Below, piece after piece: positions 17,598 to 25,891 of a DNA stretch of 64,000 nucleotides. Under the pieces are notes generated by a model. The model saw only the letters and a program-made list of their open reading frames with translations. It was not told where the DNA came from and made no database searches. Source of the DNA: Gemmatimonadota bacterium (lineage in GTDB: Bacteria; Gemmatimonadota; Gemmatimonadetes; Gemmatimonadales; GWC2-71-9); contig JAZKBR010000002.1 of the NCBI GenBank assembly GCA_040388535.1, forward strand, positions 774,838-838,837. Direction: 5' to 3'. The position numbers and the translations under genes were made by a program. Position 1 is the stretch's first letter, and every line of letters begins with the position of its first letter.

Positions 17598-18365
17598 TCA
17601 CTCATACATCGCCTCCGGATCCGCCTGCGCGAGTTGGTGCAGGAAGTCGCCGAAGCGCCGGGTGACCTCGGCGAAATAGCGTGCTCCGCGCTCCGCCGTC
17701 GCGTGTGCGGGATTTCCGACACCGGTGTCGTCGGTCACCTTGCTCCATTCCCGTTGCGCCCAGACCCACCCTTCCCGCAGGCCACCGATCGCGAACGATC
17801 GCGCGGCACCAGGTCCGGCCTCCGAGAGCGGTCGCACCAGCGCCGGCTCGAGATGGAGCATCACCGAAGTTTCGAGTTCGCCTGCGTGGTCTCCCGGTTC
17901 GGTGAAGAACGGCGCCGGATTCACGATGGTGTACCAGTGCGCCTGGCAGAGGAGGATCGTGGTCCGCGGTTGCAGCTCCCGGAGGATCTGCCGGAAGTCG
18001 TTGCCGCCGTGACCATTGAGCACGACGAATTTCCGCACGCCGTGGCGCGCGAGCGTCTCGACGATGTCGGCGAGAATCGCGGCCTGCGTGGACGGGTTGA
18101 GATTGATGCAGAACGGAATATCACGTTGGCCGGTGTTGACGCCGAACGGTATCGCAGGAAGCACCACCACCCGCGACCCCGCCTGCCACGCAAGTCGGGC
18201 CGACTCGGCGGCAACCGCGTCGGCCTGGATGGTGTCGGTGGCGTAGGGAAGGTGGGTGTTGTGGGCCTCGGTCGCGCCCCACGGCAGCACCGCCACTTCG
18301 TATTGCTGCTCGCGCACGGTGGGCCAGACCGAATGCGCGAGCAGCCAGGGGGTGGCAGCGCTCAC
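17598..18365 (-). CDS. Creatininase family amidohydrolase
   Basis: 255 aa. LPWGATEAHNTHLPYATD and VVLNGHGGN motifs typical of the creatininase family. Confidence 0.8.
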   Translation of the reverse strand: MSAATPWLLAHSVWPTVREQQYEVAVLPWGATEAHNTHLPYATDTIQADAVAAESARLAWQAGSRVVVLPAIPFGVNTGQRDIPFCINLNPSTQAAILADIVETLARHGVRKFVVLNGHGGNDFRQILRELQPRTTILLCQAHWYTIVNPAPFFTEPGDHAGELETSVMLHLEPALVRPLSEAGPGAARSFAIGGLREGWVWAQREWSKVTDDTGVGNPAHATAERGARYFAEVTRRFGDFLHQLAQADPEAMYE

Positions 18366-18376
18366 TGGGAGTTCCT

Positions 18377-19057
18377 TCAGCTCGCGAGCAGGTAGGCGCA
18401 GCCGCCCTGCTGCGCCCGGAGCGCAGCGAAGACGCCGGACGGTTGCAGGATCACCCCGGGAATGAGCTGCTCGAGCGCCTTCTTCCGCGCTTCATCACGC
18501 TTGAGCTTGTCGGCCTTCATGAACGCGCCGACGATCTCGGAGAACGCCATGTTGCAGGCCAGTACGATGCCACCGTTCGCGAGGAACGTCTCGAGCGTGT
18601 ACTTCGACGCGGCGGGTGGCGACCCTGCGGGCGCCGCACGGATCGGATTGACCTTGGTCCACTTCTTACCCTTCGCATCACGAATCTTGGTTTCCTTGCC
18701 CACCTCGAAACGCTCCCAGTAGGCATCGTTCATCACCAGCGGGATGGCAGCGTGCCGGAAAACCACGACCGGCGTCATCTCCTTGGGGTCGGTACCGTAG
18801 ACCGCCTTGTAGTGATCCTGCCAGACGATGGCCCGGAAGAGTGCCGCGCCTTCGGATGCCTCCGGTGAGTCGAACACCGCGCGGTACTTGCCCGTCAGTT
18901 TGTCGGTCCAGGTCATGTCGTAATCGACCGCGAGTGCGCGCGGGTCCGACTCGCTCGGTGGTGCGCTGGCTCCCAGCGGTGAAGCGGTCGCGCCAAGGAG
19001 CGCGCTGGCACCGAGCCAGCCGAGGAAGTCGCGTCGTGGATTGTTGCTCATCGTCAA
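18377..19057 (-). CDS. Tat-exported hypothetical protein
   Basis: 226 aa. Twin-arginine signal MTMSNNPRRDFLGWLGASALLGATASP. No motif recognised. Confidence 0.6.
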   Translation of the reverse strand: MTMSNNPRRDFLGWLGASALLGATASPLGASAPPSESDPRALAVDYDMTWTDKLTGKYRAVFDSPEASEGAALFRAIVWQDHYKAVYGTDPKEMTPVVVFRHAAIPLVMNDAYWERFEVGKETKIRDAKGKKWTKVNPIRAAPAGSPPAASKYTLETFLANGGIVLACNMAFSEIVGAFMKADKLKRDEARKKALEQLIPGVILQPSGVFAALRAQQGGCAYLLAS

Positions 19058-19494
19058 ACCCTCATGTAGTCGGGACGCCAGGTACGGATCAGGGCCTTGA
19101 TGGTCTTCTGATCGGTGATCTTCTCGTCGAGCACCTTGCGCGCAAGCTCCGGAAGCTCGGTATCGGAGGCAAACCGCAGCGCGATGTACTGCTGCCTGGT
19201 GAACTCGTTGATGCGTACGAGGAGTGCGGCGGGAAAGAGTCGCTGGAAGCGGAGCTGCTCCTCAAGGCGAATGACCCGGTCCTGCACTCGCAAAGCAAAC
19301 CAGCGGGCGAATACCAGCACAATCAGCAGCGCGAACTGGAGTAGGGCATCGCCGATCGAATCCGCCGACGGATTCCTGACGAGACGAATCACTGCCCAGA
19401 CAAAGAGTCCGAAGAGGATCGGCCACGCCACGAAGTGCCAGGCCGGGACAAAGCGCGCGTGGTTCTCTCGGGTCTGGGGCATCGGTTCGGCCAT
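19054..19494 (-). CDS. Hypothetical 2-TM membrane protein
   Basis: ORF 19054..19602; ATG 19494 (MAEPMPQTRENHARFVPAWHFVAWPILFGLFVWAVIRL) is the more plausible start. Stop overlaps the start of the downstream Tat protein. Confidence 0.5.
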   Translation of the reverse strand: MAEPMPQTRENHARFVPAWHFVAWPILFGLFVWAVIRLVRNPSADSIGDALLQFALLIVLVFARWFALRVQDRVIRLEEQLRFQRLFPAALLVRINEFTRQQYIALRFASDTELPELARKVLDEKITDQKTIKALIRTWRPDYMRV

Positions 19495-19648
19495 GAGCTC
19501 TCGCGGGTGGGTGGCAGGCGAATCAGCAGAATGCAGAATACTGCTTCGCTCGGCGCGGGATGCAACTGCCGGCGGGGCTGCGGGCCTTGCGGAGGAGGTC
19601 AATCCGGCGGATTGTCTGGGATTGCCTTCCTCCCTCCGGAGTCCGCCT

Positions 19649-20941
19649 GTGCGCTGTCACGCCATTGCTGCCGCGTTCCTGATTGTCGGGGCCTCCCCGG
19701 TGTGTTCACAGGCCTTGCCTCACGCGGCTCCGGCAGTGGAAGGCTTTTCGGCTGCCCGGCTCACGCGCCTGCAACACTTCTTCGAGCAGGCCGTCGATAG
19801 CAACAGGGTCGCCGGGATGACCGCCATGGTGACCCGGCACGGGAAAGTGATCTTCGAGGGCGCGTGGGGGATGGCCGACCGTGAGAGCAAGCACCCAATG
19901 CAACTCGCGACCCGCTTCAGGATCGCGTCGCAGAGCAAGGCGGTGACCTCGGTCGCGGCGATGCTGCTGATCGAAGAGGGCCGACTCGGGCTCAGCGACC
20001 GCGTCTCGCGCTTCATTCCGGCTTTCGCGACCACCACCGTGTCGGCGATGGTGGATTCGGCCGGCACAAAGGTTCGCCGGATTGTCCCGGCCAAGCGGCA
20101 GATCACTGTGCGCGACCTGCTGACCCAGACCTCCGGCTATTCCTATGGCACCGACGCGGCCGTGAGCGCGGCCTACGCCCAGGAGGAACTCGGCCCGAAG
20201 GCGGGCTACGGCTGGTACTTCGCCGACAAGCACGAGCCGATCTGTCAGAGCATCGAACGCATCGCCCGGCTCCCTGCGGTCGCCCAGCCAGGTGAGGCGT
20301 GGGTCTACGGCTACAACTCCGACATCCTCGGTTGTGTCATCGAGCGCGCGTCGGGCATGTCGCTCAGCGACTTCTTCCAGCAACGCATCTTCGCCCCGCT
20401 CAAGATGTTCAACACATCGTTCTGTGTGAAGCAGGCCGATGCCGCAATGCTCGCGACGGTTTACTCCCTCGACGGTGGCACGCTGACGCGCGCGGCCGAA
20501 GGCCCCCGTGGTCAGGGCGATTACGTCGGCGGGCCGTGCCTCTCGTTCTCGGGTGGCGCTGGCCTGATTTCCACGGCTGGTGACTACACCAGGTTTCTGC
20601 AGATGCTTGCCAACAACGGAGAACTCGAGGGAACCCGGCTGCTCTCGCCGAATTCGGTGGCGCTGATGTCCAGCAATCAGGTCGGCACGCTCTACGGCGG
20701 CAGCGAGAGCGGCTTCGGTCTCGGTTTCTCCGTCCTGCTCGATCCGGGGCGTGCCGGTGTCTATGGCAACGCCGGACTCTACGGCTGGGGTGGCGCCTAT
20801 CACTCCACCTACTGGATCGATCCTGCCGACGGGATCGTCGCGGTCCTGATGACCAACCTGCTTCCCGCCAACGGCTCCCAGCTGCACGATCGTTTCCGGA
20901 CGCTGCTCTACCAGGCGAGGACGACCAGCGCGGGACGCTAA
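19649..20941 (+). CDS. Serine hydrolase, beta-lactamase/PBP4-like (class C fold)
   Basis: ORF 19115..20941 trimmed to GTG 19649 (VRCHAIAAAFLIVGASPVCSQA signal); the 5' part is antisense to the neighbouring gene. SxxK motif RIASQSKAVT; YGWGGAY near the C-terminus. Confidence 0.8.
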   Translation: MRCHAIAAAFLIVGASPVCSQALPHAAPAVEGFSAARLTRLQHFFEQAVDSNRVAGMTAMVTRHGKVIFEGAWGMADRESKHPMQLATRFRIASQSKAVTSVAAMLLIEEGRLGLSDRVSRFIPAFATTTVSAMVDSAGTKVRRIVPAKRQITVRDLLTQTSGYSYGTDAAVSAAYAQEELGPKAGYGWYFADKHEPICQSIERIARLPAVAQPGEAWVYGYNSDILGCVIERASGMSLSDFFQQRIFAPLKMFNTSFCVKQADAAMLATVYSLDGGTLTRAAEGPRGQGDYVGGPCLSFSGGAGLISTAGDYTRFLQMLANNGELEGTRLLSPNSVALMSSNQVGTLYGGSESGFGLGFSVLLDPGRAGVYGNAGLYGWGGAYHSTYWIDPADGIVAVLMTNLLPANGSQLHDRFRTLLYQARTTSAGR

Positions 20942-20963
20942 AGCCATTAGCTTTCCCTCCGGG

Positions 20964-21590
20964 ATGGACAACTACACGCTGGTACTCCTGCTTGGCGGGA
21001 TCGGCCTCGTCGCGATGGCGCTGACGGGGCTTGGTCGTCACGGGCACGATAGCGGGGCGCACGGCCACGGTATCGGCCATGGCCACTCCGGCCACACCGG
21101 GGGCGGCGGGCACCACGGTCACAGCGGCCATCATGCCGGCGCTGCCCACTCGCCGGGCGGCCATCTCTCTCCCGTATGGCAACTGATGTCCCCGCGGATC
21201 ATCTTCTCCGTGCTCCTCGGCGTGGGCGTCAGCGGCAAGCTCTTCCAGCCCCTGCTCGGTGGTCTGCCGCTCCTGCTGCTCGCGATTGCCGGTGGCTTCG
21301 CGTTCGAACGATTCCTGGTCGTCCCGATCTGGAATTTCGTGATGCGATTCGGCTCCAACCCCGCGATGACGCTCGAATCCACCGTCACTGGCGAGGCGAC
21401 CGTCGTGTCGAATTTCGATGCGAAGGGCAACGGAATGGTCGCCATCGAGATGGATGGTCACGTGGTGCAGCTGCTGGCCACGCTACCCGCGGCCGAGCGC
21501 CTCGCGGGTGACCGCGTTCGCGCGGGCGATCGTGTTCGCATCGAGGAGATCGACGCCGAACGAAATCGCTGCACCGTTACCCGGCTGTAG
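20964..21590 (+). CDS. NfeD-like membrane protein with His-rich loop
   Basis: 208 aa. TM1, then 14 His in 44 residues (HGHDSGAHGHGIGHGHSGHTGGGGHHGHSGHHAGAAHSPGGH, ~nt 21039-21164), then 2-3 TM helices. C-terminal OB-like segment GEATVVSNFDAKGNGMVAIEMDGHVVQLLA...GDRVRIEEID. Sits immediately upstream of the flotillin gene. Confidence 0.7.
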   Translation: MDNYTLVLLLGGIGLVAMALTGLGRHGHDSGAHGHGIGHGHSGHTGGGGHHGHSGHHAGAAHSPGGHLSPVWQLMSPRIIFSVLLGVGVSGKLFQPLLGGLPLLLLAIAGGFAFERFLVVPIWNFVMRFGSNPAMTLESTVTGEATVVSNFDAKGNGMVAIEMDGHVVQLLATLPAAERLAGDRVRAGDRVRIEEIDAERNRCTVTRL

Positions 21591-21623
21591 TATCCCGAAC
21601 GAATCCCCTTAGTGGAGTCTGAT

Positions 21624-22931
21624 ATGCCGTCGTTTTTGTCGACAGGTGTGCTGATTGCTGGTGGAGTACTGGTCTTCACGTTCGTCGTGATGCCATTCGT
21701 GGTAGCGTCCTTCCTCAAGAACGTCGAGGCCGGCACCATCCGGATGGTCAGCTGGCTCAACGGTGGCACCGTGATCTATCGCGGACCGGGGAAGTCAAAG
21801 GAGATCCCGCTGCTGACGACGGGCACCACCATCAGCAGCAAGGTCATCAACGTCGATCTTGATATCACCGACCAGACGGCCGACATCGACGAGTTCAGCA
21901 CGCCGCGTCCGATCAAGGTGCGGGTGCTCGCGAGTGCGATCGTCTCGGTGGGCGACAGCGACGTGTTGATCCGTACCGCGGCGAACCGCTTCTTCTCGAA
22001 GAACGACGCCGATCAGCTCAACACCCTCACCGACCTGCTGTCGAGCTCGGGCCGTCGCGCCATCAACCTGCTCACGCACGATCAGCTCTTCAGCGCCAAG
22101 GCGACACCGAGTGCGATGCGCTCGCTGCTTCCCGGCGAAGGGCAGCAGATGCAGGTGGCGACGGCGGTACCGCAGACCGCCGCGATGGTACGCGAAGGCG
22201 ACATGATCGAAGATGAAGACGATCCGCTCGCCGTCATCATCCGCAAGGCCTGTTCGCGCGAACTGACCGACCTTGGCCTGATCTTCAATTCGCTCAACAT
22301 CAAGATCGTGCAGTCCGAAGTGGCCGAGGCGCGTCGGCGCCAGTCTGCCGCCGAAGCCCAGGCCAACGCCGAGATCGTGTCGGCGATGCAGTCGCGTCGC
22401 GCCAAGGAAGCGCAGATCGATGCCGAGCGGGTGATTTCCGACAAGCAGCGTGAACTCGAACAGACCAAGGCGGCCAACGCGGCGCTGATCGCGACGGCCG
22501 AGGCGAAGCGGCAGGAGGCCGCCGGCCTGCAGCGCACGGCCGAGCTCGATGCCACGCAGATCGCGCAGGCGCGCGCCGATGCCGCCCGCGTCCGCCTCGA
22601 GGCCGAGGCGAGTGCCGATGCCGAAGCGATCCGCATCCGGCGAGTGGCAGATGCAACGGCCGAGAGCATCCAGAAGGTGAATGCCGCGATCCAGGCGGGT
22701 GGTGAGAGCTACTTCCGCTACCGCCAGATCGAAATGCTGCCGGAGATCGCCCCGGCCATTGCCGCGGCGCTCTCGACTGCCAAGCTGATCACGATTTCAG
22801 GGAATGGCACCGGCGCGGGGGAGACGGCCACCAACAATATCGCCAGTGTGATTCAGACGGTGCTGGCGGCGCAGCTGGTGACGCGTGGCGGAATGCTCGA
22901 CAGCGGCAACCGGGAGCCGGAAGGGAAGTGA
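21624..22931 (+). CDS. Flotillin-like SPFH/band-7 protein
   Basis: ORF 21612..22931; ATG 21624 has GGAG 6 nt upstream. N-terminal TM, SPFH domain, then a long Ala/Glu/Gln-rich flotillin-type coiled coil (EAQANAEIVSAMQSRRAKEAQIDAERV..). Confidence 0.85.
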   Translation: MPSFLSTGVLIAGGVLVFTFVVMPFVVASFLKNVEAGTIRMVSWLNGGTVIYRGPGKSKEIPLLTTGTTISSKVINVDLDITDQTADIDEFSTPRPIKVRVLASAIVSVGDSDVLIRTAANRFFSKNDADQLNTLTDLLSSSGRRAINLLTHDQLFSAKATPSAMRSLLPGEGQQMQVATAVPQTAAMVREGDMIEDEDDPLAVIIRKACSRELTDLGLIFNSLNIKIVQSEVAEARRRQSAAEAQANAEIVSAMQSRRAKEAQIDAERVISDKQRELEQTKAANAALIATAEAKRQEAAGLQRTAELDATQIAQARADAARVRLEAEASADAEAIRIRRVADATAESIQKVNAAIQAGGESYFRYRQIEMLPEIAPAIAAALSTAKLITISGNGTGAGETATNNIASVIQTVLAAQLVTRGGMLDSGNREPEGK

Positions 22932-22940
22932 TGCAGGAGG

Positions 22941-22969
22941 GGTGATGGGTGATGGGTGATGGATGATGG
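22941..22969. repeat. (GGTGATG)4 heptamer tandem array
   Basis: ggtgatg ggtgatg ggtgatg gatgatg, starting 10 nt after the flotillin stop (TGA 22929-22931). Same unit as at 14864. Confidence 0.85.
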
Positions 22970-22973
22970 AGTT

Positions 22974-23138
22974 GTCACCCTGAGCAACGCGAGGGGGCGG
23001 AGCACCGTTTTTGTGACGGCGCTCCGCCCCCTCACTTCGTTCAGGGTGACAGCAATTCAGGAGAGCTCCGCCCCCTCACTTCGTTCAGGGTGACAGCGCG
23101 GGCGCCGGACTCCGCCCCCTCGCTTTGCTCAGGGCGAC
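22974..23138. repeat. Four copies of a 30-nt REP-like unit (1 forward, 3 reverse); the first pair forms a hairpin
   Basis: 22974-23003 gtcaccctgagcaacgcgagggggcggagc. 23021-23050 and 23065-23094 both read gctccgccccctcacttcgttcagggtgac (identical). 23110-23138 ctccgccccctcgctttgctcagggcgac. Lies between convergent genes. Confidence 0.85.
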
Positions 23139-23154
23139 GAGTGCCCGATATCAG

Positions 23155-24081
23155 TTAGTGCTGCGTCACCCGCGGTCGCTCGAGAAACGAAACGATCGCC
23201 GCGATGAACGATGCGTGGGTGTCTTCCAGCAGAGCAGCGTGATCGCTGCCGGGGAGGATCACCCACGTCTTGTCTGCGGTGGCGAGCTTGCTGAAGATGT
23301 TGCGGCTCGCGTCGAAGGGTGCGACCGGATCGTGTTCGCCCTGAATCAGCAGCGTCGGCGTGGTGACCTTGGCCGGGTCGAGCGCGCCCCACTGGTATTG
23401 CGCCGTCCACATCGCCCGAATGGTGTCGGCCTTGAGCGCCGCCTTGACGTAGAGGTCAATCACCCGCTTCGGCGTGATGTCGGGAGAGATGAAGTCGCTC
23501 GCCGCGGCCTCGGCGGTGTTGGCGCGATGCGGTGAGGCGGTGGTGGGAAACGGCGTTGGCGCGGCCTGAGTCGCGGGCATCGCCGGCGCGCCGTAGAGCA
23601 CCAGCCGCGAGATGAAGTCGGGGTGCCGCTGCGCCAGCAGCTGACCGACCCGCGCACCATTGGACCACCCGACGAGATACGGCTTCGGCAGCTTCGGGTT
23701 TTTCGTTGCGACCCACGCGAGCACACCGGCGAGGTCTTCGGTGGCGCGATCGGGGGTGTTCCACCCCAGCGAGTCCCGCGGCGTGGCACCGTAGCCGCGC
23801 AAGTCGAGTGCGTAGGTTGCGTAGCCGCGCGTGGCAAGGGAAACCATCACCGAGCGATTGTCGCCCGGGACTTGCAAGTCGAAGTCGGGCAGCGAGCTCC
23901 AGGTCGAGCCGTGCTGCAGGAGAATGACGCCCTTGGGATGGAGCGGTCGGCGCGCCCAGACGGCGAAGGGGTGGCCGTCGACGGTCACCGTGAAGTGTTC
24001 GAGCCGTGGCGCTTGCTGCGCCGTGAGGGGAGTCGCGGCAAGCGTGAGTGCGACGAGCAACTGCCGCGCCCCGCCGCTCAT
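23155..24081 (-). CDS. Secreted alpha/beta hydrolase
   Basis: ORF 23155..24225 trimmed to ATG 24081 (MSGGARQLLVALTLAATPLTAQQ), which overlaps the FKBP stop (ATGA). Nucleophile elbow LVGWSNGARVG. Confidence 0.8.
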   Translation of the reverse strand: MSGGARQLLVALTLAATPLTAQQAPRLEHFTVTVDGHPFAVWARRPLHPKGVILLQHGSTWSSLPDFDLQVPGDNRSVMVSLATRGYATYALDLRGYGATPRDSLGWNTPDRATEDLAGVLAWVATKNPKLPKPYLVGWSNGARVGQLLAQRHPDFISRLVLYGAPAMPATQAAPTPFPTTASPHRANTAEAAASDFISPDITPKRVIDLYVKAALKADTIRAMWTAQYQWGALDPAKVTTPTLLIQGEHDPVAPFDASRNIFSKLATADKTWVILPGSDHAALLEDTHASFIAAIVSFLERPRVTQH

Positions 24082-24527
24082 TGTGCCGACACCACTTCGA
24101 CGTTGAACACCAGAACCGAGTTGCCGGGGATCGGCCCGTTCGTCCTCGAGCCGTAGCCGAGTGCGGGTGGGATAACGAGCTGACGCTTGCCGCCGACCTT
24201 CATCCCCGCGACACCCTGGTCCCATCCGGCGATGACCTGGCCGCTGCCGAGGCGGAACTGGAATGGTGGCTTGGTGCCGGTGGCATCGAATTGCGTCCCG
24301 TTGGCAAGCCAGCCCGTGTAGCGCATCGAGAGCAATTGCCCATTGGCGACCGCGGTACCGGTGCCGACGTCGAGGTCGCGAATGTACATCCCCGATGGCA
24401 GCTTGGTTGAGCCGGCGAGATTGACGCCGAGCGCGGTTGCGAAATTGGTCGCTTCAATGGCAATCACGGGACTCTCTCCGGTGGGACTTGAGCAGGCAGC
24501 CAGCACGAGTGAGGCCGGGAGCAGCAT
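24078..24527 (-). CDS. FKBP-type peptidyl-prolyl cis-trans isomerase (lipoprotein)
   Basis: ORF 24078..25022 trimmed to ATG 24527 (MLLPASLVLAACSS lipobox). YTGWLANGTQFD, GSGQVIAGWDQGVAGMKVGGKRQLVIPPALGYG. Confidence 0.88.
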   Translation of the reverse strand: MLLPASLVLAACSSPTGESPVIAIEATNFATALGVNLAGSTKLPSGMYIRDLDVGTGTAVANGQLLSMRYTGWLANGTQFDATGTKPPFQFRLGSGQVIAGWDQGVAGMKVGGKRQLVIPPALGYGSRTNGPIPGNSVLVFNVEVVSAQ

Positions 24528-24550
24528 TCTGCTGATGTTGCGCAGCAGCA

Positions 24551-25075
24551 CTACTTCGCCCCAAGCAGTTCGACTGTGAAGAACAGCGGAGTGTTCGGCC
24601 CGATCTCCCCTCGTCCCGACTGGCCATACGCGAGTGCCGACGGCACGATGAGCTGGCGGGTTCCGCCGACCTTCATCCCCACCAATCCCTCGTTCCAGCC
24701 GGCGATGATTCCCTGGGTACCCAGCGTGAAGGTGATCGGCGGCCCCTTGTCGTTGGTCTCGATCAGCTTGCCGTCGGTGAAGTAGACCGCGTAGTTGGCG
24801 CTCACCTGCATCCCGGTCTTCGCGGCTGGACCCTTGCCGACCTTGAGATCGCGGATGTACATGCCGGACGGGAGCTTGGTCGAGGCTGCAAGATCGATGT
24901 TCAGCGCTGGGGCGTAGCTGATCGTCTCGAGGGTTGCGCTGTCCTTGGCGACAGCGACTGGTGCCGGCGCCACGGCCACCGCAGTGGTATCCGTGGCGGC
25001 CTTGGTGTCGGCCTTGGCACACGCTGCAAGCAGTGCGATCGCGACGAAGCGGGATCGGGAGAGAATGCGCATCAT
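24551..25075 (-). CDS. FKBP-type peptidyl-prolyl cis-trans isomerase (lipoprotein), paralog
   Basis: 174 aa. MMRILSRSRFVAIALLAACA lipobox. YAVYFTDGKLIE, GTQGIIAGWNEGLVGMKVGGTRQLIVPSALAYG. Confidence 0.9.
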   Translation of the reverse strand: MMRILSRSRFVAIALLAACAKADTKAATDTTAVAVAPAPVAVAKDSATLETISYAPALNIDLAASTKLPSGMYIRDLKVGKGPAAKTGMQVSANYAVYFTDGKLIETNDKGPPITFTLGTQGIIAGWNEGLVGMKVGGTRQLIVPSALAYGQSGRGEIGPNTPLFFTVELLGAK

Positions 25076-25108
25076 GGTTGACTCCTGAGGGAAAATGCCT
25101 GCCCGAAT

Positions 25109-25891
25109 CTAATCGCCCAGCGCCATCTCGAATGGGTCGGTGATGAGCTGCAGCCGATGCGGATCGAAGCCCTGTTCGAGGGTCGGCTTGATGATCTCGA
25201 AATAGGGGGAGACGTCGAAGTCGCGCGGCGTGAAGAGCGCGTGATGCCGGATATGGAGCGCTTCCTTGTGGTCAGCCAGGGCGATCGGGTCGGCCGGCGG
25301 CAGCAAGCGCGCGGTCGGCAGGATCGGGTAGCCGACCGTGTGAAACGCCTCGGCGATGAGCGCGGAACAGATGGCACGCGTCGGGTCGCCGCTGCCGATG
25401 GCCAGCAGCCGACGCCGGTAGCGCACTGGCACCGGCGGGTTCGGGATCAGGAAGCGGGCGAGGTCGAAGATGTGCTTCATGTCGTACTGATGTCCGACAC
25501 GGTGGATCGCGAACTCGATGACGGCGCCGATTTCCTGCGCCGTGAGCCCGACCGGGCGGCAGATCCTGGTGTGCAGCGAGGAGTAGTTGGAGAGCGGGAC
25601 CAGCTGCACGCCGCGTGACACATCGGCCTCGAGGAGTACCGAGGGTTCGAGTCCGGGCTTTGCGGTCAGGTCGGGTGGCGCAATGCAGAGGGTCGCGTGC
25701 GACCAGGTCGACTGCGTCAGGTACTTGATGGCCGACGAGATCCGCGAACTTCCTTCGATCAGCAGGACATCGCCGGGGCGCAACGCGGCCGCGAGCGCCG
25801 TCGGTGGGGCGGTCGTCGAGTGGACACGATCGTGTCGTGGTTTGGTGAGGTAGCGGGCGAGCCGTCGGCCAGCGACATCGAGAAGAAACAT
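25109..25891 (-). CDS. YiiX/YaeF-like permuted papain-fold (NlpC/P60 superfamily) enzyme
   Basis: ORF 25109..26200 trimmed to ATG 25891, which overlaps the upstream stop (TGATG). GDVLLIEGSSRISSAIKYLTQSTWSHATLCI (His-first half) followed by AICSALIAEAFHTVG (Cys half). Confidence 0.65.
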   Translation of the reverse strand: MFLLDVAGRRLARYLTKPRHDRVHSTTAPPTALAAALRPGDVLLIEGSSRISSAIKYLTQSTWSHATLCIAPPDLTAKPGLEPSVLLEADVSRGVQLVPLSNYSSLHTRICRPVGLTAQEIGAVIEFAIHRVGHQYDMKHIFDLARFLIPNPPVPVRYRRRLLAIGSGDPTRAICSALIAEAFHTVGYPILPTARLLPPADPIALADHKEALHIRHHALFTPRDFDVSPYFEIIKPTLEQGFDPHRLQLITDPFEMALGD

